A DNA stretch of 64,000 nt from Alloascoidea hylecoeti. Taxonomy: Eukaryota. A program made the translations under genes and the position numbers. Below the pieces are notes generated by a model. It was not told where the DNA came from and did no database searches. It was given only the letters and a program-made list of their open reading frames with translations. Of this stretch, positions 25,943 to 36,719 are shown one piece after another. The stretch is from the NCBI GenBank assembly GCA_001600815.1, contig BCKZ01000010.1, forward strand, positions 141,527 to 205,526. The letters are read 5' to 3'. Every line of letters begins with the position of its first letter. Position 1 is the first letter of the stretch.

Positions 25943-28900
25943 ATGCCGGACGACCCACACTCCCGTCCACACACCCCGCAAAACGACATGGAAACGGGCA
26001 CCCTCACGCCACGTGCCCTGTCCCTCCGCCGCTTCTCGCTGCTGCCGCGGCAACACGACCGGGTGACGCTGTTCCGGTTCGCCAGGGCGCAGATATTCAC
26101 CCAAAACGCATCCCCCAGGCAGACGCACCCTCAGCTGCTGGGTCACGGGACGCTGGAGATATACCACGTGCACGACTACTCGGTCACGTACCTGCAGTGT
26201 GCGTCTGTCATTTACCCTCTGCTCCCCAAACTGAAGATAATAAAAGTATCCTTTGAACGATTTGTCATTCCTTTGACAAATCCTGAACGATACTGGGAAT
26301 TGTTAATCGACTCTCAAAACGACGAAGTCATGAAAAGTTTTGCAAATGTAGTCAAATCAAAGTGTATCTATCAAGATTTAACAATTAATCGGAATCAAAA
26401 CTCAATGACCGAAAAGTGGGTTGATGAAATCCAAATACGTGAATTGAAAAAAGAAATTGATCCTCCAACGATCCAAGAAGAAACTTCATCAACAACAACT
26501 CAAATAATTCATAAAATTTCAACAAGTACTATATCAACTTTAAATTCTTCATCTTTGACTCATTCATATTTTGAAGAGAATAAAGAAGGAACTTTGAATT
26601 TGGTTAGATCTTGTTCATCAAATACAACTTTAAGAAATTCAAATATAAATGTTAATCAATTAGAGTTCATACCAGAAACTAATGATATACAAGATGATAT
26701 ATCAATTTCAATGTCAATGTCAAATAAATTAAATGATGACAATGAAGAAATTCATATTCATGATCATGAAGATGAAGATGAACATCAACATCAACAAGAT
26801 GACAATGATGATGACTTTTTAACGGATATTGATAGTATTAATGAATCAATAACAATTGATTCAAACATCTTAGAAAAAATTCAAAATCAATTATCACCTC
26901 CCCATCCTCAATCTCCAATAATTCCTACTCTTACTCCTACCCCTATCTCTTTTTCTCAATTACCTCAATCACAATTTGAACAAAATATATCTTCATGTGA
27001 CGAATTTAATTATACCAATAAATTTTCAAATTCATTAGAATCAAATTCAAGAAAATTTAATGGTATAAACATTAATAATTTTAAAAATATTTCATCAACC
27101 GATTCATTTATGGATTATCAATTAGGTATTTCTTTTTTAAAATTAAATAATAGTACTCCAAAATTTAATCCTACTCAAAATAATAATTCTCCCTTAAATC
27201 AAATAGTATCTGATATGGATCCATCATCTTTGGATGATTACATGTCTCCAAATACAAATTTACGAAAAGATTTAAATACAAATTTACGAAAAAATTCAAT
27301 TTCAAAATTTTCAAATTCAATTTCAAAAAACTCAAAGAATCGTGGTATTGATTATGAAGACCTTGATGATTATATTGGTTTATTAGATATGGATACAACA
27401 TCCATATTAGAAATGCCACTTTCTTCAGATTTAAATTTAAACATGACACCAAAATGTATATTACCGATAAATGGCGTATCATCAAGTGGGTCCTCATCTG
27501 AATCCGATATAAAATCACCCCCAGCAAGCATTTATCCACATGATAATAAGCATCATAATAACCATAGAAATACATATAATGATGTACTTTGTAGGAAAGG
27601 GAAACGAATTAATGATACGTGGGTTGATGTTATTGCAAAATCAAAATTAAAAAAGCATAAATATAAATTAAAAAAATTAAAAACTAAAGAAAAAAAATCT
27701 GATAAATCAACAAGTACAACCATTAATCTTGATAATGATAATGATACTATAACAAATTTTCAAAATTTAAAATCAAATTTAAAAGAAGAAGAAAGAAAAT
27801 TAATGTTTAAAGATATGAATAATTTAAATTATCCATACCATGGCTTTAGTGGTTCTGAATCTTATAATAATTATGATAAACCCCTTTATTTCAATTTAAA
27901 CCTTAGTCCTGAATATGAAAATGAAAATGAAAATGAAAATGAAAATGAAAATGAAAATGAAAATGAAAATGAAAATGAAAATGAAAATGAAAATGAAAAT
28001 GAAAATGAAAATGAAAATGAAAATGATTCAAATATTTCAACAAATTTTCAAAAAATTAATAAAATTAATAAATTTTTAATGAATTTAAATAAAAATAATT
28101 CTTTCCCTTATAAACAACAACAAGATTTAGATTTAAATTTAAATTTAATTCATACTAAGAAAATTCCACACCAAAATCAAAATCCATCTCATAATCCATC
28201 TCATAATCCATCTCAAAATAATGATCAGTATAGCTCAACAATAACTACAGATACGGAAACAGAAACAGAAACAGAAACAGAAACAAAAAGGAAGAAAAGA
28301 ACACGAAAAAATATAAGTCATTCGAATTCTTATTCCCATTCTAATTCTAACAATATAAGCTTTTCAAATTCAAATTCAAACCAAATTATAAATTATAATA
28401 GTAATTCAAAAAAATTATCATCTAATAATCATAAATATCCACCATTAAATTTATTAAAATTAGAATTAGAACTAGAAAAGAAGAAAAAAATAAAATATTT
28501 AAATTCATCATTATCATCTTCAAATTTTAATAATAATCAAAATCAATTACATTTTAAATCTTTTAGAATTGAAAGAAATCCAACAAATATTGTTAATGTC
28601 AATGAAAATGGTATGAAAAGTCCTAATGATTCTGATGAAACTACAAAAGCATCACATGGTAGTGATGAAGATAATAATAGTAGTAGTGATGAAGATATGG
28701 ATGATGCATTGGATGAAATAAATAAAGCATCGATTTTAAATCCTTTTATTCAAAAAAATATTAATAAAAATTCACAGTATTATCATTCATCTTTAAATTC
28801 ATCTTTAAATTCAAATTCTATTCAAAACTCAAATAGATATCATGTCCATAATTTATGTCAACAATTCTCATCACCATCATATAGCCCAAATTCACCCTCA

Positions 28901-28948
28901 AATTCATTAATTAATAATGAATCATTTGCTAATAATAATAAAAAACAA

Positions 28949-28979
<31 letters not shown>

Positions 28980-29167
28980 TCAAAAAACAAAAACATCGAA
29001 ATTCATCAATAAAATATACATCAAGTGATATATTATCAATATTAATTGATAATGAAAGTGAATCAAAATCAAAATCATTACAATTTAATAAAAATCAAAA
29101 TAAAAGTATTCAAAATCAAAATCAAAAATCATCTTACGGGTTTAAGAAATTATTTGGTTTATTTTAA
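25943..29167 (+). CDS. INP1: Inheritance of peroxisomes protein Inp1, with a very long low-complexity C-terminal region
   Basis: N-terminal Inp1 domain RVTLF...LLGHGTLEIY...VTYLQC..IYPLLPKLKII...LTNPERYWEL. The first in-frame ATG is at 25943; 25988 is an alternative. Confidence 0.75.
27917..28024 (+). repeat. (GAAAAT)18 perfect hexanucleotide repeat encoding (EN)18
   Basis: 108 bp of uninterrupted repeat inside the INP1 ORF. Confidence 0.95.
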
Positions 29168-29722
29168 TAAAAAAATCATTCTCTATATAAATATAAAAAT
29201 GAAAACAAAACTCTTAATTCAATTATTTATAAAAAAATATATTTACGTTATACCATTATATTATTATTTTCCCTCTTTTTACTTGATTTATATACCTAAC
29301 CGATTTAAACAAACACTTTCATGTTATGTTCTGTTATATATTATTGACTATTTTAACTTTATAATTATTATTCTTTTTTTAATTATATATATTGCCTTTT
29401 GTCTCTTACCTTTTCTGTATATCTTTATTAAACATGTTCATTTCATTTGTTTTAATGACGAGTTATATTATTAATTAACATTGTTTTTTTCTGTATTTTT
29501 CTTTTAATTTTAAATTTGGATTATTGGTAATGGAGACAGATAATAACATTGTTTATAGTTTTTGTAATAGTTTAATTATCAATTGCATCAAACCTTATAA
29601 ATAGCAACTAAAGACTTTGTAAGATTCCCAAAAAATAATAAGCATGAACAACAAGATTTTTTATACTTTTATTGTAGTTGTACTATAAATAAATCTATTT
29701 CAAAGAACTACTTTACTTAATC

Positions 29723-31791
29723 ATGATAACTTTGCCTCCTAACCCTAGTGCTACATCTATAATACAACCTGAACACGATACATCCAAGTATTCAACTGTT
29801 AGGCCATGCGATTCTCATGAAATCATATCGAATTATGGTAAAAAGAATGTAAAACAGCAATGCCAGAAGGGAAAGTTTTTCATTTCTTTCCTAAATGAAA
29901 GACTAATTTATGTTCCAGGTGAAACTATTGAAGGTTTTGTTAATCTAGTTCCTGAAACTACTTTTTCTTACGATCGTTTAAAAATCTCCATGAGAGGAAT
30001 GGTCACCGAACACAATAATATCAAATGTAATTTCGAAATATTCTCAAAGTCGAAGGACGATAAATTTCCAGCAGCTTGGATTAATGTCCCCAAAGACAAT
30101 ACAGCTTTAGCTGGTAAGAATTATAAGCTGCCATTTAGTTTTACCATTCCTGAGCAATTAGAAGACCCATGTCATGATAACTTGCTTCATAGTCGTCTCC
30201 CTCCAAGTGTTATGGGAAAATACAAGCTGCCATTTATGAATATCAATAATGACTCCCACAATTATACTCACAAATATACCCTTTTTAAGACTGAGAATTT
30301 TCAGAATAAAGGGAAAATCAACCATGAATCTCCAATCTATGATAATGAGGGGATACCTACATCTCGTATCTGTCGTATCTCTTCAGGGATAGCCTTATCT
30401 AATAATTTGAAATCTGATATTTTTTCTTCAATTAACTGTGATGACAATTTTGATGTTGAGATATTATATTCTATTGAAGCAACAATTAAGCTTAAGACTG
30501 AGTCTATCACTCTAATAAATCCCAATACGCCACAACATATCCCAGAGTTGAAAGCATTTAGAGACTTCTTCATTGCACCTTCATATCCTGCTCTTTCACA
30601 TCATCTTCTTCGGCCTTATCTCGACACTACCAAATATGTATCAGCTGAGAATTTCAACAATCATGGATACTGGAATGAAAATATGAAATTAAAAACAATA
30701 CATTCAATAGATTCCAAAACAGGAAATTTATTATTTTATAAATATTTTGAATGGTTTACGGAGGAAGAAAATTATTATCTAAATCAAATGATGTCAACAA
30801 TTAAAGTCATTTCACCTCGTCCTGATCCAATTTTTTGCTTATCTAAATATATAACTAGGAAGCCTTATGAACTTTCTCCAGAAAGGCCAATTCAACGGCA
30901 AGTTGGTGGTGCTATTCAGCTGTGTGGGGATAATAATCTTATTTTTCCACTGAAGTTTATTTATAGTCCAATATCAATTGATGGGGTACTACAGCCTCCA
31001 CCAGTAATTACAGATTTGAGACCATTTTTACAGATTCATACTATTATTGGGGTGTCGATTTCACGTTTAAATATCACTAAAGATGTAAAAAAATATCCTC
31101 TAGTTTATAAGAAACGGGAGATAAAAATTGATGGGAAGAAGCATGACCTAAGTTCCTTATACAATGATAAATTCGAGTATGGTAAACTTTTTCTCAAAGA
31201 AGATTTTTACAATTGGGGTAAATGGACACCAAAATATGATGAAATAGCAGGCAAAAACATATATGAACGAATTTTAGAGATTGAAATACCTTCAATCACT
31301 GCTTCTCATTTAGTTCCAAGTTTTCAGTCCTGTTACCTATCAAGATCTTATGAATTAGAAATTCAAATCGAATTCAAATCTCAGAAGTTGAAAATATAAT
31401 AGGCAAAATAAAAAGAGGATTAAATATATTAAAATCCAGTTACGGATATAGTACTACTAATTTCAATTCTAAAAAAAATGGTAACTATAATATTGCTTCA
31501 GTTGAACCAAGAATGAATTATAATTCGTTATTATATGCTGATGAGAAGAGTAACATTGCTCCACTTGAATCAAAAATGAATCATAATTCTTTTGATATAA
31601 ACCATTCGATGTTCAATTGTGATAGTTATGGGTTTTCTTTAAATATTCCAATTGATATATGTTTGAAACCATACGGTGATGCTTCACCATATCCATATGC
31701 TTTGACAGAAAAGGAACTCTTCACTAATACTAGTTGTATTTTGAAATGTGTGGACTCTGTGGAGAAACGAATGAAGCGAATAATGTATTAA
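29723..31791 (+). CDS. Bul1/arrestin-like ubiquitin-ligase adaptor, frameshifted near 31380 (pseudogene or sequence error)
   Basis: ORF 29723-31399 has YVPGETIEGFV, YKLPFSFTIPEQL..C..HSRLPPS and LVPSFQSCYLSRSYEL. A second frame, open from 31354 to 31791, supplies FSLNIPIDI, which looks like the terminal strand. Confidence 0.65.
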
Positions 31792-32329
31792 TAAAAATAA
31801 TATGTGCCTATTTATACTACATGGAAATTAATTTATAATGTACGAACTATTAATATAATATAGGGCTAGAAAGGTCAAATACACCATAGAGTTATAGTGT
31901 CTAACTTAGCATAGATTATAAATTATTGTTTTTAATATCATAACTAGGTTAATTGTTAAAAAAACAATTAACAAGAAGAATCAAGCAACAACAACCATAT
32001 GAATCTGCAAAAATAAATACGATTGATGCCAAGTTGAAAAACTGGTGCCTGGAATCGTTTTTGATGTTATTTTCACATACAATAAAAGAAGCGTTTACTC
32101 CAAATCTCCATCGAGTTTGCCATCAAGGAATTTATTTAAAAGATTTCTGTATAACGGGCTCCGAATGGATCATATGTATAAATCAGTCAACAATATTGGA
32201 CAAATATGTAAAGTTATACCGGTATCTGACATGTTCGGTGATCCCTATTGCTGTAATAAAAAGCCTATTTCTTGAACAATGAGTGTCTTGAACAATGAAA
32301 AAAAAACACTTTCATTGTCAGACGATGGC

Positions 32330-32369
32330 CACGTGATACACCACGTGGGCACACGTGGTGTATCACGTG
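32330..32369. promoter_or_regulatory. Perfect 18-bp inverted repeat containing four CACGTG E-boxes, upstream of KAR9
   Basis: CACGTGATACACCACGTG-GGCA-CACGTGGTGTATCACGTG; the arms are exact reverse complements. Confidence 0.7.
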
Positions 32370-32483
32370 CCCGCAGTTTGTATCGAGGCGTCAAACCTCA
32401 AATTCCACAAAAGTCGATTGCTGGGTGGGATTAATATTCTTGTTAACTACCAGATAGATTAGTACTATGCTACTGGCATACTA

Positions 32484-35400
32484 ATGCTACGCCTAACCTC
32501 CAACCCAAACAGACCGAACAGAACAGGGCTGTCTTCTCTGCTGCAAAACATCCCTGAGGTCTCCTTCTCAAAGCAGCTGGAAAACATCATCTCCGTCTCC
32601 GCTACGTCCCACCTGAAGTCCAATAATGCCGACTCCTTCATCTTCGCCGACTTCCTCAAGACAAACCAGGGCTTGCCTCCTTCTTTCGAAATCATCCTCA
32701 CCGACCAGACCTTAAAGGACCTCGAGCAGCTCGCCGTGGAAATACATAACCACTTAAAGAATACAAGCGACATCTTATCTCAGGTGCCTGTGATAGATGA
32801 CATCGAATGGGTTTTTGAAGGTCGCTCAAAAGTATTATCAATAGCTTCCGATATCGATAAGTCTGGTATTGTAATGTGGAAAATGATGTCTTTATTAGAA
32901 CATGGTAAAAGACAATCTTATCAGAGAGATTTATTCTTTTCGGTATTACATGAAATTAAATATTCTGTTGAAGATTGGCATCAAGTTAATAAAACCACAA
33001 AAGATTTAAGATTTAAAATCGATGTTTCCTCTGCTTGGATCGAATTTTTATATAACGTTTTACAAGATGTTGACTCAACTATATCGAAATGTGAAGATGA
33101 ATTATTTCAAGTACTGGAAAATAGATTACGTGTTACTCCTGCATTATCCGAATTCGTATCTTCTTTAAATGATAAATCAAATTCAAATTTACATTCTAAT
33201 TTAAATGATAATGAATTCGATAATTCTGATAATGAAAGAAAACTTGACAGATTATTAGAATTTTTAACTTATTCTGAATTAGATAAAATGGTAAAATATA
33301 ATAATGATAATTATATCATACCAACTTTTAATTCAACTGAAAGAACTTTTAATGAAAGTTTTATTGAATTAATAACAAGATTAGACCCTTTAAAAGCAAG
33401 TATTGATTTTTTACCAATTCCTTTAAATTATTTTTTCAATTCTGCAACTGAAATTTTCCCAAATTCAATAAGTACTTTAAATCAAAGATTAATGGAAGTT
33501 GATGAACATTGGTCTTTACTTCAAAAAGATGTAAAAGATTTAGAAACTGATTTAGTTATTAATAAGTGGGAAACAATATTTATATTTATTTTGGATCAAT
33601 TACAATTTATATTAAATCAGTTTGAAAAAAAATATAATCAAACTGAATCACCACAATCACCATTAAAAACAAAAGATTCACAAGATAATCTTTCAATTTT
33701 ACATCATTCTCATTCATTATTAAGTTTAAAATCAATTAAAACAACAAGCTCAAGAACAAAATCTCCAATAGATTCATCATTTTCAATAAATACAACAACA
33801 ACTACAAATATTAATAATATTAATAAAAATAATAAAATATTTATTGAAAAAAAATTAAGATTAGTTGAAAAAACTCAACAAGAATCATCAAATATTTCAA
33901 AAAGATTTCAACAAACAATGAAAATTTTAAAATATTGTCTTTATTCAAGAAAATTAATTCCAAATGAATTAGACATTTTAAAACCTTATAGAGATAAATT
34001 TGAATTAATTATAATTAAAGCAAAAGAATTAAAATTAGAAGAAAATGAAAATATAAAATTATCATTTTTATGGAAACATCATAGATTACAATTACAATCA
34101 CAAGATCAAGATCAAATCAATCAAATTGATTATGATGATGAAATTGATGATAATGATGATTCAATGGATAGTTATTCAACTTCAAATTCAATCTTTCATT
34201 CAAAATCTGATTCAATTGAAACTACTACAAGTACTGACTCAAGTCCACATGATGAAAATACTTATTCAAATGATCGATTAAAAATTAGAAGAAGAGCTGT
34301 TGGTTCATTATTAATGAGTAAAATAAATGATTTAATAATACCGGATACTGGTGTTCCTTTACAACAACAAAACATTTTAGATGAAATCTCTGATATTGAT
34401 GATAATGATAATAAAAGTGAATATACTGTTAGAAGTTCTCGTTCTTTTTTTACTTTTGAACAATCAACTTCAAATCCAAATCCAAATCCAAAACAGAATA
34501 ATAATTATAAACCATACTTATCAAAAGAAGTAAATGATACAAATTTATCATTATCATCAACTGCTTTTAAAGATTCTGAATTTTGTGATGATACTGAAAC
34601 AAATACTCATGCACAATGTTTAAGTAATAATAATAAAATTAAAAGAAAACCAAGTAATTTATCATTAATTTCAATTGGTATAAATGAAAATGATAAAGAA
34701 GAATTTGAATCAAGAAGACCTTCTTATTCTCAACAAAAAAATTCTTCAACTTCATCTACAAATCCAATTGGTTCTCCATATGGTGGATTAAGTAGTTTAG
34801 CACAAGCAAGGATACCTTCAAATAGAAGTATTAATTATTTAAATTCAAATACAAATTTAAGTTCAAGTTCAAGTTCAAGTTCAAGTTCAAATTCTATTTC
34901 AAATTCAACTACATCTTCACAACCATTACCATTACCTAAACAATTTCAACAACCTCAAAGGAAATTATCAGAACCAACAGATATAAATAAAAAATCAAAT
35001 CATAATAATAATAATAAACCTCAACTACAATCTCCATTAAAAAATAATTTTATAATTCCAAATAATTTTAATAAATCAAAAAATGATAATGATATAGATA
35101 TAATAACAGAATTTGAAAATATTAAAAATCATGAAATTCAATCAATAACTGAATTTACTTCAAATTTATCAGTTAGGAGATCAGTTGCTCCACCACCTCC
35201 ATTATTTATGAAACTTCAACCAATTAATTCAAATAATGGACCACAAAATGTAGGTCCAAAACCAAGTATAAAAGATATTCAAAATTCAAAAACAAATAAT
35301 AACAATATTCAACAACAACAACATCAAAAGGAATATACTCATAATAATTCTTCATCATCAAAATCTATAAGATCATCAGTTATAAATAAATCTCCATATG

Positions 35401-35942
35401 AGTTAAAACATAATATATCTCATAAATCTTCATTATTATCATTATCTAGACATAATAATAATAATTCAAATTCAAAAAGAGATTCAATTTTTAGTTCAAA
35501 ATCAAAATCTGCCTCAAATTTAAATTTAAGTTCACCAGCTTCAACATCAATATCACCAAAAAGTACAATAATTAATTCAAATTATAATAGTACTAATAAT
35601 TCGCCAAAAGATTCTCAACCAAATATGAAACAAACAAAATATATTAATAATAGAGATTCATATTCAAGTGATCATTCATTAACACCACCATCTATTCATT
35701 CAATTTCATCATCTTCAAGATTTAATAAATCTTTAAGTCGTAGATCTTCTGTTTTATTTAATATGAAATCAAAATTTAGTAAACATGGATCAGTTGCTTC
35801 TTTAGAATCTGATTTAATTACACCTGTTGAAGAAAAGAATGAAATTGAAAATAATGATAATTTTGATAAAAATATGCCAAGGAGTGAAAAACCAAAATCT
35901 GTACATAGAAGGAAAAGTATCATATCAATGTTTATGAAATAA
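32484..35942 (+). CDS. KAR9: Karyogamy/spindle-orientation protein Kar9, with a long N/S-rich tail
   Basis: KAR9-domain motif IPTFNSTE...RLDPLKASIDFLP..LNYF, followed by WSLLQKDVKDLETDLVINKWETIF. Confidence 0.78.
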   Translation: MLRLTSNPNRPNRTGLSSLLQNIPEVSFSKQLENIISVSATSHLKSNNADSFIFADFLKTNQGLPPSFEIILTDQTLKDLEQLAVEIHNHLKNTSDILSQVPVIDDIEWVFEGRSKVLSIASDIDKSGIVMWKMMSLLEHGKRQSYQRDLFFSVLHEIKYSVEDWHQVNKTTKDLRFKIDVSSAWIEFLYNVLQDVDSTISKCEDELFQVLENRLRVTPALSEFVSSLNDKSNSNLHSNLNDNEFDNSDNERKLDRLLEFLTYSELDKMVKYNNDNYIIPTFNSTERTFNESFIELITRLDPLKASIDFLPIPLNYFFNSATEIFPNSISTLNQRLMEVDEHWSLLQKDVKDLETDLVINKWETIFIFILDQLQFILNQFEKKYNQTESPQSPLKTKDSQDNLSILHHSHSLLSLKSIKTTSSRTKSPIDSSFSINTTTTTNINNINKNNKIFIEKKLRLVEKTQQESSNISKRFQQTMKILKYCLYSRKLIPNELDILKPYRDKFELIIIKAKELKLEENENIKLSFLWKHHRLQLQSQDQDQINQIDYDDEIDDNDDSMDSYSTSNSIFHSKSDSIETTTSTDSSPHDENTYSNDRLKIRRRAVGSLLMSKINDLIIPDTGVPLQQQNILDEISDIDDNDNKSEYTVRSSRSFFTFEQSTSNPNPNPKQNNNYKPYLSKEVNDTNLSLSSTAFKDSEFCDDTETNTHAQCLSNNNKIKRKPSNLSLISIGINENDKEEFESRRPSYSQQKNSSTSSTNPIGSPYGGLSSLAQARIPSNRSINYLNSNTNLSSSSSSSSSSNSISNSTTSSQPLPLPKQFQQPQRKLSEPTDINKKSNHNNNNKPQLQSPLKNNFIIPNNFNKSKNDNDIDIITEFENIKNHEIQSITEFTSNLSVRRSVAPPPPLFMKLQPINSNNGPQNVGPKPSIKDIQNSKTNNNNIQQQQHQKEYTHNNSSSSKSIRSSVINKSPYELKHNISHKSSLLSLSRHNNNNSNSKRDSIFSSKSKSASNLNLSSPASTSISPKSTIINSNYNSTNNSPKDSQPNMKQTKYINNRDSYSSDHSLTPPSIHSISSSSRFNKSLSRRSSVLFNMKSKFSKHGSVASLESDLITPVEEKNEIENNDNFDKNMPRSEKPKSVHRRKSIISMFMK

Positions 35943-36060
35943 AAAAAATAATAAAAAACATTTTATAATTTATGATATTTTGTTTATGAAAAGAACACTT
36001 AAACTTATACGGATTGGATTTAACACACACAATAGAAAAAACAACAAATATTTCTAATGA

Positions 36061-36121
36061 AACTTTTTCTAAAACTTTCTAAAACTTTCTAAAACTTTTT
36101 TTTTTTTTTTTTTTTTTTTTT
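36061..36121 (+). repeat. Short (AAAACTTTCT) tandem repeat running into a poly-T tract
   Basis: The 10-bp unit repeats about 3 times and is followed by a T run at 36096-36121. Confidence 0.8.
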
Positions 36122-36719
36122 CATTTACACTTTACTTTCTATTGATATTTATATTATTATTATTTGTAGTTATTGTTCAATAACTAGTTACCTTCTTATT
36201 AAACCCTGTCTGTCTGTTTCTTTATCTTATTTATGCTTTCTCCTATTCGATTTGTTTGTTTTATGTTTTGTTCTGTTTGTTTTGATATGTTTCTTTTAAC
36301 ATCTATTTATTGACCACACACACACAACTATAACGATTGTTCTACCGATTCCAAATTCCAATTTAAGTTCAAATTCAAAAAATCAAATTTTTAGTGTTTT
36401 GTTTTGTTTTAGTTTTCACTTTTCATCTTATCTTGTTTATATATTTTGGATAATAACTTTTTATGTTTATTTATTATCGTTATTTTGCATCTTGATCGAT
36501 TTAGTAAATATGTAAGTAAAAGCTTACCGGTAGGTATTATCTTATTATCTCTACATAGTATAAAATATAAAGGGGTATTTATCTAGAAGAATATAATACT
36601 TGTAAGCTTTTTCAATATAATCATGAATGATTATAAGAGAGTGTAGTTCATTGGCAATGATTCTCAAAGTTTACGTATAAAATATTATTACCTTATGGTA
36701 TAAGTTTGCATATCCATAC

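Noticed and set aside
25625..26256. Three overlapping ORFs (182, 80 and 109 aa) at the INP1 5' end
   Set aside because: High local GC suppresses stop codons; only the INP1 frame has conserved motifs.
29046..29474. 142-aa F/I/L/Y-rich ORF, and similar ORFs at 57398-57790 and 59230-59655
   Set aside because: Composition is typical of translated AT-rich UTR or intergenic DNA.
31953..32282. Two overlapping short ORFs (109 and 76 aa)
   Set aside because: No recognisable domain and non-ATG starts in the track; coding status is unsupported.
32330..32480. Point centromere (CACGTG as CDEI)
   Set aside because: No ~80-bp AT-rich CDEII or CDEIII follows; the sequence runs into a GC-rich promoter and ORF.
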